60,000 nucleotides of DNA from contig NC_087245.1 in the NCBI RefSeq assembly GCF_037042905.1, positions 13,456,001-13,516,000 of the forward strand, written 5' to 3'. The notes under the pieces were generated by a model. It was not told where the DNA came from, did not search any database, and saw only the letters and a program-made list of their open reading frames with translations. Below, piece after piece: positions 25,230 to 37,969 of this stretch. The translations under genes were made by a program, and so were the position numbers. Source of the stretch: Lytechinus pictus. Its lineage: Eukaryota. Each line of letters opens with the position of its first letter. Positions within the stretch are counted from its first letter, which is position 1.

Positions 25230-28200
25230 GTTTGTTTGTATATTTGTATTTATTTCAATATAAAAGAATAAAATATATACATGATCAAATTTAACAAATC
25301 GTCAAATAAAATATGGAGGATCGCCCATTTCAGCGGTATTAACAGAATACCACTGTTCTTCCATGGGGTCCTTTAAAATGTATATATATGCATATAAAAA
25401 CATATATAATTACAAAAAATATACACAATACTTAATGGAATACAAGAAAGAAAATGCAAAGACAATCATCCCACCCAACCCTAAAAAACACAAGATGTTT
25501 ATTACATAAAATAAAATTTCAAACTAAAACTAAATTACATTTAAAAAATATTCCATTGTGAAAATGCCCACCCCTTTAACCCACCCATCTAATTATTGAT
25601 TACCTAAACGCCCAATTTAGTCTGTTATTACACCGATTACTGTCGTATGGCAGTGAATAAGGGATTGCGGATTTCAAATATCAAAATAGTCAAAAAAATC
25701 TGCACGTGTTTATTGAATATATTAAGTGTGTCCAGTTGGCGTAGCTTGAGTGGCAGTTCATTGTACAATACAGATCCACGATATAAGAATGTACTTTACA
25801 TTGATTGGTTCATGGTTTTGGAAGCATTAGGTTTGAATTAGATCTTAGCCCATAATACTTTCCATTAAAAACAAATTTGTCAGTCACATAATCGGGTGTT
25901 ATCCTATGGAAGGTTTTAAACAATAATGTGTACATGTGTCTCCTTCGACGAGACTTTAGAGTTTCCCACTTCATCATAATAAATGAGATACACTGATTTA
26001 TGTTCATAAGGGTTGACTCGGAGAATTCTTCCCGCTCTATTCTGGAGCTTCTGAGTTGGTCAAGATAATTTTTATTGGTACTTTGCCAAACCGTGTCCGC
26101 AAAATAGAAATGGGGTAAAATCACAGAAGAATAAATCAATTTTAGATTTGACTCATTAATAAAACATCTCAGTCCCCATAAAAAGCCAATAATTTCCCCA
26201 ATCTTTTTGTTCAGTTGCTCTATATGAATATTCCTTTTAAGTTCAGGGTCCACATTTAATCCAAGATATTTGAAACTTGTCACTTGATTTAGTCTAGTTG
26301 AATTTAACTTGAGATTGAGAGTATGACGTTTAGAAAGCATATCATTTGTTCCAATTATAATACATACAGTTTTAATGGAGTTTATCATGAGTCTATTCAT
26401 ATTCATCCAAGATTCGAGGTTACCCAACTCTTCCTTTAATAATGATTGAATCTCATCAACATCATTATGGGAATAATACAGAACCGTATCATCGGCATAG
26501 AAATGCAGCTTACACTTTGTAAAAAACACTGGCAAATCATCGTTAATGAAAATCAAGAACAACAGCGGGCCTATTATTTACCCCTGAGGCACTCCGTAAT
26601 CAAGGGTAAATACATCAGATAATGTTTGCCCAATTGAAGTTATAATACGTCTATTTATTAGATAGTCCTGGAACCATTTCAATGTTGTTCCTTGAGCGCC
26701 AATATGAGAGTTTTTAATAAGGACATGGTGGTCGACAGTATCAAATGCCTTATGTAAATCTACAAAGACACACCCAGTAAATTTCCCCTGATCCAGCGTT
26801 TAAACCCATTCATCAGTCACCTTGATTAGAGCAGTAGTTGTGGAGTGTTTCGACCTGAAGCCTGATTATTCGTTTACTAGTAATTCATTGTCATTCAAGT
26901 AACGGAATATTTGTTTTTGAACAACCTTCTCTAAAAGCTTCGAGACACAAGGTAATAATGATATGGGCCTGTAATTATCCGGCTGATATTTATCGCCATT
27001 CTTGTGCAGTGGTATAATTTTTGCAATTTGCAATTTTCCATTGGAGGGAACAATACCATCCGTTATTGATTTATAAATTAGATATGCAATTATTTGATAA
27101 TTTCCGTTGCACAAGTTTTTAATACATAAGAACTGATTCCATCCAGCCCGACTGATTTCTAATTGTTAATGCTGTATATTTCTTTCAATACATCTGTTTC
27201 AGATACTTTCGATAGTTTAAAATTGATTTCATAACGACTAGGAAACAGATTTCTCATATCATTATTTGAAACATTACACATTTGTGAGATATTAGCATCA
27301 TTACCTGCATGTAAAACATTGGCAACACTGGCAAAATGACTATTAAAATGATTTGCAGTTTCAAAAGTATCATGAGACAAACACGAAATAGATGACGGGG
27401 AAGTTTTGTTAGGTATGAGAGATTTGAGAGTTGACCAAATTTGGTTTCTGTCTTAAAGTTTCAGTCAGCTTATCGTAAAAACATTTTCTTTTAAGTTGTC
27501 TGTTTTTATATGTAACTTTATTTTTCAACTGTTTATAGTTTTTTCCAATATTGATAACTGTTATTAACCTTTGCCTTTGTTTCATTTTTTTCTCGTTTCT
27601 TCATCAATTCAAAAATGTGTTCGTTCAACCACGGGGAGTGTTTTTTTTCTCACCCGCTTAGATATTGATTGGCATGTATTTATTAACTACTCCCAACAAA
27701 AGTTCCTTCCCTTCCATCTATCGACAGCGTTGTCCACACTGTCCATTTATTTTACAATAGACCAGTCAATGTCCTTGATTTCTGATTTAAAAGCATTTAA
27801 ATCTATACCTTTTGACTTACGAAATGTTGCTAGAAGAGTTATCATTTGATCGATGAGCGTTCAAAATTAAGAAGCTCATGGAGTGGTCACTAAGACCATT
27901 ATGAATTACACCATACGAATGTACATTTTCTTGACAGTTCGTTATAATATGATCAACAATTTAGTGTTGAAGAATCTTTGCATATTCTTGTGTATTCGGA
28001 AGTATTTATATGTTTCAGACCATAAACAGCTTTTAGTTGGTTGTATCGTTTACATCCACTTGTCGGTCGGTGGTTGAAAAATTGCTACCCCTCCACTTAT
28101 TCTGTCATGATCATTTCGAATAATAGAATATTGAGGTATATAGATCTCTGCATCATTGATACTATTGTCTAATGTTGTTTCATTCAGAGCTAATAAGTGA

Positions 28201-29395
28201 ATATCATTACTGCACAAAAATGATTTTATTTCGCCAAAATGCTTGAAAATACTGACCACGTCCAGATGTAGGCATTTTATTCCACTCTTTGAAAGCTGGT
28301 CGTATTTCGACCCGAAATTATGGGCAATATTCCCATCTAATTCTTTATTTGGACTATGAGACACACTTGTAGAAATTTTACTCTCACCATAAAACGGTAA
28401 ATGTTTCATTGCACACTGTGGACATTCCCAATTTAAGAACATTTCTGTGTTATCGTCGTATAATTTAACTGGCACCAGAGCACGTGATACGTGAATCCAA
28501 TTTTTACATTGCGTACATAAAAAGGCCTCTTTGATTTGATTTTACAGACTCCCTACATATTTCGCATGGATATTTCCTTACCATTAAAATTCCTTATCAA
28601 ATTTAACTTAAAAGAAATGTAGTTCCCCAAGATAAATAAATGAGTAATACTACTTAAACAGGTTAGATATACAAATGTCGAACATTCAAAGTCAATAAAA
28701 AAAATTATGTTACAAATTAAAAAAAGCAATGAGTTTCGTTGGAATGATGCATCGCACAGGATGCCATCACAATTTACAAGTCATAAATTCATCAACGGAA
28801 AAAGATATCTCTTACAGCTTTTTAAGATATTCGACGGACTTGATCATCTTTATAGTGGTTTTTCCATTACTTGCTGGCTGGGCTACGAAATCCGCCCATA
28901 TTGCGACCAAGATATATTACTTGATTTCCTAGCTGCTCTCAGTAGCTTGTAGTTTGCATGAGATAAATCTTCCGCTTTTGAGAATCCAGAATCTTTCAGC
29001 TTTCGCCTCGCCCTCATGACATCTTGGCGAGCGCGGTATGTTGCGAATTGAACAAGAATCGGGCGATGACGAGATTGAGAATTATTCGGCAATGATTGAG
29101 AATTATTCGGCAATGATCCGGACGAATTCGATGGTGTTGACCCTCTCCTTACTGGGCCAATCCGATGACTCCTGTCCACATCGCTGATGCTGATTTGCAC
29201 TCCCAATTTATCTTTAGCCATACGGAGAAGGATATCGTCGGTGCTTTTCTCTTCTGATTCAGGGCAGCCAAAAATCCGAATAGAGTTCCGTCTTGAATAT
29301 TGCTCGGCTTCTTAAGACTTGTTTTGTAGATTTCGAATCTCCTCACTCTGTTCAGCTAATTTCTTCTCCATCGCTCTCAATTTCTAAGAGTTCAA
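25230..29395 (-). mobile_element. Decayed, 5'-truncated CR1/L2-group non-LTR retrotransposon
   Basis: ORF1 remnant at ~28850-29390 (EAEQYSRRNSIRIFG...DVDRSHRIG...RPILVQF...EDL). ORF2 starts at ATG 28584 and contains a PHD finger, APE endonuclease (HLLALNET, RNDHDRISGGVAIF) and RT (IIPLHKNGDK..NYRPISLL, GVPQG, GPLLFLIFINDD, FYADDT). It carries many stops and frameshifts. The 3' UTR has a stem-loop and a (CAAA)-like tail near 25230-25375. Confidence 0.92.
25690..28584 (-). pseudogene. Disrupted LINE ORF2 (PHD + endonuclease + reverse transcriptase)
   Basis: ORF fragments 28050-28475, 27159-27380, 26866-27114 and 25810-26562 join into one RT polyprotein broken by frameshifts and stops. Confidence 0.9.
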
Positions 29396-29425
29396 ATGGA
29401 ACTGTGGAATGAACAGTGTTTACAG

Positions 29426-32400
29426 GGTGACCCGACAATTGCTCCGCCGACATCTGCTCCGCCGACAACTGCTACGCAAAATACGACAACTGCTCCGCCG
29501 ACAATTGCTCCGGACAGTTGCTCCGCCGACAGTTGCTCCGTCGACACTTGCTCCGCCGATATTTGCTCCGTCGACACTTGCTCCACCGATATTTGCTCCG
29601 TCGACATCTGCTCCGCCGATATTTGCTCCGCCGACAATTGCTCCGCCGATTATTGCTCCGCCGACATCTGCTCCGATTATACGACAATTGCTCCGCCGAT
29701 ATTTGCTCCGCCAAAATCTGCTCCGTCAATATTTGCTCCGCCGACTTCTGCTCCGCCGTAAATTGCTCCGATAATGCGACATTTATTTATTCATCTATTC
29801 GTACTTTCATACGCGTAACAATTGTAGCACAGGATGAAGACGTCAATGCAAAGTAAATTTAAACTATGCTTGCATGATATATTACATGACAGACACAGGG
29901 GGCGCGGAACGGTTTTCAAAGTGGGGGCTGACCATGCTAAAAATCACAATCATATGGTAATTTTTACGTTTTTGTACACGGTTTTGGAAAAAAAAATTGG
30001 GGCTGAAGCCCCCCAGCTCCCGGCCCCTGATACATAACATAGAAAGAAGTAGAAAAAATGGATAAGCACAAAGGAGTGATAGATATTCTTAATTTCTTAT
30101 TCCTTGGGGGCATTTGTTTAAGTTTTATTACGTGCCTGGTGATTAAAATGAAAAAAATTACGCGTGTTCATGTAATTATTATAACAGTACAAAGAAAACT
30201 TCTTAGCGTCAAAATCGCTCTGGCGAAATATGCTCCGAAGTGGAGATATTTGCTCCAGGTGAAATTCAATAGGTATGCTTCATGTTTACAATTAAAAAAA
30301 AAATGCGTATAAATGTCCCATTTCCAGGTTGATAACAGCTCGCGCTTCGTGCTCGCATTATAAATTCAGTGCGATGCGTTATTGGGTTTCATGAATATGT
30401 TACTATATTATTACTGGTATGTATATATATTATTTCTTTTAAAAACAACATTATTTGTTTATACGTTATGAGAGATATACATACATATATTCATTTATTG
30501 AAATATATTTATATTGTTGCTATTGCACAGAATAGAATAAAATACAACCGAAGTCTCGTCTTATAGTAACTCACCAGTAGCGTAATGAGCCCCCCAAAAA
30601 ATGGAGGGGGCCAGACAAGGATGACATTTAGTTTCCTTTCCTTTATTCTTTTTTTTTTATTGGTAGGGAGAATGGGGGGGGGGATCCGTGACCCCTAGCA
30701 CGCCCCTCCCCTATATGTACGCCAGTGATGATCATGCTTTCGTTTGAATGAAAAAATGTGCAAGGGTAGATAAAGCCCAAGACGTATTAAAAAATATTGA
30801 TAAAAATATTAATAATTATAATGCTGATAAATCTGAAATAAATCAAGCGGTAACCAATGAAAATAAATAGTGTGAAAGAATAAAACGAGAAAGAGGGAGA
30901 GAGAGAGAGGGGCGCGCGCGAATGTATGGTGTATAAGTTGATGGAAAGCAGAAGAGCAGGGGCGGATCCAGCCTTCGCCAATCGGCCGCTCGATGATGAT
31001 TTTGGTCTCTTTGAAGGGGTAGTCCTAATATTCACTTCTTAGCTTTATTATAAATCAACATAAATATACAATATAATCCTTATTCATATAATGCGAGCGC
31101 AAAGTGCGAGCTAAATTTTTTAGGAAATGTTATGTATTTTTCCTAAAATTTGAACATTCTGGTCAATGTTTGTTATCCTGAAAAAGATGTGTATGCAACT
31201 AAATAATTACTACGAACGCGAAGCGCGAGCAGAAATGAACTGATGGAAAATGTACCTGTTAAATATTGCTTGCATTTAGACATGAAGACGTTAAATACTT
31301 TAAAAATCAAATAATGCGAGCGCGAGATTTAGACCTACTGAACGAGACACTCTATGTTTTGTAAATCATGAAAAGGATGAGTAATTAGGGATCTTCCTTA
31401 CATTAATAATGCGAGCCCAAAGCGCAAGCAGAAAATTTTTATATGTATACATTTAATGTGATCGAAAAGGTACCTGTTAAGGACTGCTTGCACTTAGCCA
31501 TGAAGATGCTACATATTTCAACAATCAAATAATGCGAGCGCGAAGCGCGAGCTGAATCATTTTGAAATTTCTACATAAAGAATGGAAAATTTCAATCAAT
31601 TTTTGTAATCGTGAACAGGATGGCTATATAACTAACCAATTTATACGAGCGCGAAGCGCGAGCGGAAAAATCGAGATTTAGACCTAAAACGGGACACTCT
31701 ATTCATGTTTTGTAAATCATGAAAAGAATGAGTAATATGGGATCTTCCTAACTTGATAATGCGAGCACAAAGCGCGAGCATAAATTTTTTGATATTGTGA
31801 TCTGAAACTGGATAATGATTTAAATAGATTAAACTTTTTGATATTCCGACTAAAAAACAGAGTCAATTTCAAGCACTTTGTAGGAAAATTGTGAGGTGGA
31901 TATGGATTGCATTTAATAAAAAGCTGATATGTTCTATTATTACTTTGAGTTTTGACATATAGGACCGGGACATCCTTAGGACATGCCATCATATGAAAAT
32001 GATGACTATTTTCCTATTTCTCTTGCTAAGCGTGAGACAAAACAAAAGGGACAATTTAATTTCTAAATTAATATCTTACTCATTAATGCCTAATGACGGC
32101 ACGAAATCTGATGATATTATGGTCTGAAAACTGGACATTTCAAGCGCTCTTGTAGTCATGAATAGGATGCATCAGTTAATATATTTTTAACCATTAATGC
32201 AAGCGCAAATCGCGAGCCAAATTTTTTGATAAACTGTCGTTAAATGGGTATTTTAAGTAGTTTATTTGTATATTCAATATTGAGACATACATAACTCTCC
32301 ATTCAAATGCGAGTGCAGCGCTAGCTGATACGTTTTGACAATCAGACCTGAAAAGGGATATTTTGAAAACTTTACGGAATACACGAAAATAATAGGTACC

Positions 32401-33451
32401 TGATAAATCAAAATTTGCGAGTGCGCAGCGCGAGTAGAAAATATTAAAAATCAGACCATAAAACTTACATTTTTACAGAGCACTTTTTAAAAATCAATTT
32501 GTAAATCACACAAAATAATGAAAGTTCGATTCCCGAGGTGAAATATGTTTTGTATATTGACTTCCAAACTTGATATTTGAACTCCATAATTATTGAACAA
32601 GATATGAAAATCCCCTAGCAGGCAATTTTATACAGTGACATGAAAGATTTTTTTTATTTTCCAAGTCTTTCCCTCATCTTATTTTATTTACTCGTCTTCC
32701 TTCTCTTCTTTTTACTCTTCTCTTTTCCATCTTTTTTTTTGCTCCGCCAATAGTTTTTTTTTTTTTTTTTTTTTTTTTTTGGGGGGGGGGGGCCGGCCCC
32801 TCGGCCCCTCCCCTGGATCCACCTATGGAAGAGATATTGTGTCCAGCACCCCCCCCCATTCTCTCCCCGCTCAAGTCCGGATTGAAACCAATGATAGTAA
32901 TATATGAACAAAAATCCAGATTCACAATTTCAATGGGGAGGGTGTCATTCCCCTTCTTGCGTTACAATTTGTCAAGTGGCGGCGGCAGGGAGAACATTTT
33001 TTTTAAAGCAGAAAGCTGTGATGATAGGGGAGAAAGAAATAAATAAATAAAACATTAACGAATAATAAGAAAAAAACAACAACAAAACAATTTGTATAAG
33101 ATGTTCATGCAATTGTATTATAGGAGCACATGACGGCGGAGCAATTTTCGGCGGAGCAATTATTGGCGGAGCAGATTTTGGCGGAGCAAATATCGGCGGA
33201 GCAATTGTCGTATAATCGGAGCAGATGTCGGCGGAGCAATTGTCGGCGGAGCAAATATCGGCGGAGCAGATGTCGACGGAGCAAATATCGGCGGAGCAAG
33301 TGTCGACGGAGCAAATATCGGCGGAGCAAGTGTCGACGGAGCAACTGTCGGCGGAGCAACTGTCCGGAGCAATTGTCGGCGGAGCAGTTGTCGTATTTTG
33401 CGTAGCAATTGTCGGCGGAGCAGATGTCGGCGGAGCAATTGTCATGGAACC
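29426..33451. mobile_element. TU/foldback-like DNA transposon (non-autonomous) with long inverted arms made of 15-bp tandem repeats
   Basis: Arms at ~29426-29775 and ~33130-33451 are inverted arrays of GCTCCGCCGAYAWTT-like 15-mers with mirrored variant order. Both ends start GGT. 8-bp direct repeat GTTTACAG at 29418-29425 and 33452-33459. Confidence 0.85.
30957..32827. mobile_element. Non-autonomous TIR element carrying GCGCGAAGCGCG-core tandem subrepeats, nested in the foldback element
   Basis: TIR CAGGGGCGGATCCAG / CTGGATCCACCTATG, flanked by direct repeat GAAGAG (30951-30956, 32828-32833). Internal degenerate repeats centred on gcgcgaagcgcg. Confidence 0.7.
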
Positions 33452-34549
33452 GTTTACAGGCATCAGACAGTCATTACATGCAATAAGTCTGACACGACCT
33501 TCCTTCTGTTCAGTCTTGGAATAAAGTTTATTGAAATGAAGTCATAATACTATGCTGGTTGCAGTCTCTCTGCCATCTCAATGTTCACACTGTATATTGT
33601 CATCGTTGTCATACTATGTAGTCTGTGCTCAAGTGTTTGATCGAGAGTCATCTTTGTTGTTGTTGTTTACTGTTGTTCTTGTGACCATGTTCATTCGTCT
33701 GTATGGTTCTTCCATCTGCCCTTCGGTTTGTACAGTCTGTTGGTCTATATCCTTCTTGATCATTGTCGTTATTACAGTTAATCATTGTTGTCGTCATCAT
33801 CAGCAATGTAAGTGTGTACGTTGTCATCTTTGTTGTCATTCTCCATTCAATAAAATTTTAGGGGCCGAACTCCATTAGGAAGTTGGAAATGCAACTTTCA
33901 ACCAGCATAAATGAAGACGAATCAATTGAAGATGTGCAATTCAAATGATATGCATTTATTGAACTTAGATGATGATGGCTTCATGAAAAATAACAAACAA
34001 CACAAGAGTAAGTCTTAAAGTGACTATACTCTGAAGATGTCGATAAAATCTCTGCATAATTGTGCAGCATTGGAAGTTGTGATCTCAAATCCAATCTGAA
34101 AACATATGTAAACTTAAAATCCATTCTGGAATCAAGGACTCCCTTTCACGTCCCTGCCGGTGTCATAGGCTTTTTGGCCCGGGTACCGGCGGTCCAAAAC
34201 GGCTAGTTGATTAGTACCGCCAGTACAAAACGACTAGTCGATCGGGCCCCCCCGGATCCAAATGACTGGTTCAAATTTTTGCCGAAACAACAGGAGAGCC
34301 GCCGTTTGGTTCCGTATTCGTCAGAATGTAGTAAATATATTCTATAAATATCTGCTTAGGTAAAATGTTTCAATATATATATTGGTGTGATTTTTAATGT
34401 AATTTCATCCCAATTATTTAATTCGGTCTAAAATTAAAAATGTTGGTACCGTACATCTAGATAAGAGGTATTTCAGCCTCGTATGTTAGGTACCGGTACC
34501 TTTTTTGCGCACGTGCAGCGCTGCACTGCTTGGACAGTAAATATGATTA

Positions 34550-35010
34550 GTTTGTTTTTCATTATTTATAAATAATGAGGTAGATATTTTATTATTTAAC
34601 AGATAATCTTATTTATAAATAATGGAAAACTCGAACATTAAATAATGATTATTTATAAATAATGAGAATAATGGCGCACTCTAAAAAAATATTTATGAAT
34701 AATAAGTAGACGTTTTCATTATTTAACAAATAATCATTATTTATAAATAATGAAAAACAAATAATCATTATTTATAAATCGTGAAAAACAAATAATCATT
34801 ATTTATAAATAATGAAAAACAAATAATCATTATTTATAAATAATGGAATGTCGAACTATTATTATTTACAAATAATGAAGTAGTAATTGGAATTATATAT
34901 AAATAATTAGAAATGTTATTTTATATAATAGTAATTATTTACAAATAAAATGTAAATTATTTATAAATAATAGTTATTATTTAATAAATAATGATTATGT
35001 AACAAATAAT
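34550..35010. repeat. AT-rich minisatellite of self-complementary units (CATTATTTATAAATAATG)
   Basis: Repeated palindromic attatttataaataat core, ~30-bp periodicity at 34730-34850. Confidence 0.85.
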
Positions 35011-35126
35011 TGTTCTATATAATATTGGTACAATCGGCGCTCATACTGTACCACGTCTCCTTTTGGAGTATAGGGTCTACCCTAACGACGTTATACCGGT
35101 ATTTGTTTTTTTATATTAAGAAGCTA

Positions 35127-35379
35127 CATAAGCGACGGAAGTGGGGGGGGGGGGCCGAGGGTCCTGTCCCCCTAAATTTGAGTTTTTTTTGCTTGTCAAT
35201 TTCGTTCCTGCGTCCCCCCTAAATTCAGGTGGACCGCCCTAAAATTTTTTTAAATCGTTATGGTCCCCCCTAAAATTTTGTTTGTTCACCTTTTTGTTTT
35301 GCTTGTCAAATATTTTCCTGTGTCCAATTATAAATTCCAGGTAGACCCCCCCTAAATTTTTTGGCTTCCGCCGCCAATG
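35127..35379. mobile_element. hAT-like MITE
   Basis: CAT...ATG imperfect TIR with exact 8-bp TSD AGAAGCTA (35119-35126, 35380-35387). Confidence 0.8.
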
Positions 35380-35433
35380 AGAAGCTATACGACCAATTTT
35401 TAGTCATTCATTCACTTCTAAATAAAATATATA

Positions 35434-35945
35434 CAGTGCGTCCCTGAAAAAACGAAACCGGTATTTATCGATGATTTATCATAACTAAATCACAAATACA
35501 ATAGACAAATGACCTACCAATGTAAAGCTTACAATCTCCTCTTTTATCTGATATTACTTAGATTATTCCTCATTCACGCATGAGTGAGCAAAAACAATTT
35601 GAAGAAAGGATACCAAAAACTCATTTGGCGGGGGGTATCTGGGTTTCAAAAAGAAACACACATTTTTTAAAAGTTCAATATCTAAAAGGCTTGTATTTCC
35701 ATAATTTCATTAAATAAACGTGTTTTCACCAGTTTCCCACAGTAGCTAACGCATGGTGAACAAAAGATCGTCAACAAAACGGAGTGTCAAGTGAGTTTGA
35801 ACGCTAGCCTGGAGAACCTCTTCATTTTATGAAATTATTGAAATTCAAGCCTTATTTCAAATAACCAGAACTTTATTTCTTGACCATTTTCTGTAATTGA
35901 GGTATCAAATTAAAGAGCAGATATTGAACTTTTTAAAATTGTGGG
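35434..35945. mobile_element. Truncated Tc1/mariner-like MITE
   Basis: TA|CAGTGCGTCCC start like the 16007 element; internal inverted segment; right TIR not found. Confidence 0.5.
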
Positions 35946-37180
35946 GGGCACTTTTGTCCAGAAAAATTTGACAGGCAAACATTTTTAAAAGGGTTAGCAC
36001 TTGCACATATACGGTACTTTCGACTTTTTTTGGCTCTTAAAAGGGGGAGGCATGAGCCGGGTGTGCCCTCTCCCCTGGATCCGCGCCAAAGCACCCCCCC
36101 CCTCGAGTTAAGGTCAGTTTGGTGGCGTGCCCATGCACGCTCTTTTATTATTATTATTATTCCATCTCCCCCTCTTTTCCCCCTTCATTTCCCCCCCCCC
36201 CCACATATTCCCTCTTCATTCTTTCCTTTTCTCATATACTTTTCCCCATTTTTGGCGATCTCTTCTTCCTACGTTTTTTTCTCTCCCTTTTATTTTCATA
36301 TATTTCCTCCTTTTTTGACTACCCGGGTCCCGTGCCCAACCCCCCCCCCAAAAAAAAAATATATATGCGCATAGTGCATAAAGTGTGTGTCTCAATGAGG
36401 TGTCACTGAGAGTTCCCTGTGTTTTTGGCAGCCTAGCTTAATATTGTTATACTTAGTTTTCTTGTATTGATACATTAATTTTGATTTATACTTGATTACT
36501 TTGGGGGTTCGAAGAGCATGCAGCAGTGTTTACCCCCCCCCCCCCACCATCACCATAGTCGCCAATCTCATCCTATTTCTTGCTTGGTTATGAAGACCAA
36601 GACAAACCAGCCATGGTGGATTAAAGTTCACACCCCGAATAGCGCTTAGCACAGGCGCAAAGGGAGCACGCAATGTGAATAGGGCTTCATGGCTCCACAA
36701 AGCAGCCGTCCCCGGATGTTTAATTACATGTAATTGGAAGAGTGCTAAAAAATGCATACGACTCTCCCTAAATAACTTGAGATTCTCAAATCAGCAACTG
36801 TATCTGTTCTGTGGGTGCATGTTTGACTTGGAGCAGCGCTTGGTTGAAAAGGACGACTGGAATATCACATTCTTGCTGTAGGGGGTGATAATGGGCATGA
36901 ACAGCGTATCGGAACAAATCGCCTGGTCGGAACAAATCGACTATGACGATCGCATCACACAACAAAATCCGGTACTAATCGACGGGTAAAAGAGCCGTCG
37001 ATTAGTACCTCCGGCCCCGATCGACTGGCCGGTCCAAATCGCCTATGACACCGGAACCAATCTGCCTGTTCAGAGTTCAGAAATGAACCCTTTTATAATA
37101 GTCTGTTTAAGACGTCCAGCTGTTGGTCAAGCTTGAGTACTAGACCAAAACAAAACAATCTGTATTCGTCAAAAGTACAA

Positions 37181-37182
<2 letters not shown>

Positions 37183-37225
<43 letters not shown>
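37183..37225. repeat. (TA)n microsatellite
   Basis: About 21 uninterrupted TA units. Confidence 0.95.
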
Positions 37226-37232
<7 letters not shown>

Positions 37233-37449
37233 GTATATTTAAATATAAAGTATATTCACGACCTTTTTTGGTCGTGAAAGTCTTCTTCAGGGTTCATGGC
37301 CCTCTCAAGACCCATGTCTGCACTCCGATGCGGGGGGGGGGGGTAGTCTTCAAGAAAAGAGTATTTTTTTTTAAACACTTTTAAAATTTTCGATTGTCAT
37401 TTTTTTTTGGTATGTTTTCCAATCATTTTGCATTATGAAACTGAAGGAA

Positions 37450-37925
37450 GAAAACGTAAGAAATATGAAGTGATCGATAATCAAAGATAGTGAAATATTC
37501 GGAGCACACCCTACGTGTTTAATGGTTGCGGGGAGGGACCCGTAAAGGTTGAAAAAAAGATAACGACATGTATAAAAACATAAACAGGAACAAGTTATTC
37601 CACTTTATCCTAGATTTTCATTTCTTTCTCTGTCCGTTTGTTTCTAGCGGTTTCCAAAAGAGAGAGAAGGGGAAAAGGAGTAAGAATGAAAAAAAAAGTG
37701 AAAGAGAGATATCGAGATATTGTAATTTCCAAAGTCATAATTATACCTGAAGTTTGTTGATTGGAGTGAATCCGAATGATTCACGCAAATGTGATACATC
37801 GAGCTGAACAACAGCAGGACAAGCAGCAGGACATATACACTCGAATGAAAGCATTAATTGGACTAAAGAAAAAATTAATTACAAACTCTGCGACGGTTCG
37901 GTGACAAGAATGCGCACTCAATTGT
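37450..37925 (+). repeat. Older dispersed copy of part of the triplicated unit (matches ~40095-40610)
   Basis: Colinear match with scattered substitutions and one deletion; central ~137 nt identical to unit 3. Confidence 0.9.
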
Positions 37926-37969
37926 GTTCTAAATAAAGATCTTGCCGGTTGAGAACTGGTTTTCCGCCA

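Larger units (their letters stand above)
34157..37054. mobile_element. 2.9-kb non-autonomous TIR DNA element (CCGGTGTCATAGGC ends) with nested insertions
   Basis: Perfect 14-bp TIR extending imperfectly to ~26 bp. It interrupts a block that is continuous in the related copy at ~38515-38530. No clean TSD seen. Confidence 0.75.
33884..37179 (-). mobile_element. LTR-like block A (33884-34135 + 37055-37179), split by the 2.9-kb TIR element
   Basis: Homologous to 37993-38635. On the minus strand it shows TATAAAA (37091-37097), then AATAAA (33955-33960), then a CA end. Confidence 0.4.

Noticed and set aside
29426..29775. CRISPR-like regular repeat spacing
   Set aside because: Contiguous 15-mers with no unique spacers, eukaryotic context and no cas genes.
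29392..29856. Overlapping repetitive ORFs on several frames (APPTSAPP, LLRRQLL, CSADI)
   Set aside because: Translations of the 15-bp tandem repeat arm of the foldback element; not mucin, protamine or metallothionein genes.
32972..33524. Mirror set of repetitive ORFs
   Set aside because: Reverse-complement arm of the same element.
33648..33839. 63-aa ORF with a weak hydrophobic start and RR site, neuropeptide-like
   Set aside because: The signal region is Thr/Met-rich rather than a clear signal peptide and neighbouring frames are equally low-complexity; more likely decayed element-internal sequence.
36530..36900. ORFs inside the 2.9-kb TIR element as a possible transposase remnant
   Set aside because: No DDE, zinc-finger or other motif recognised in the frames I read.
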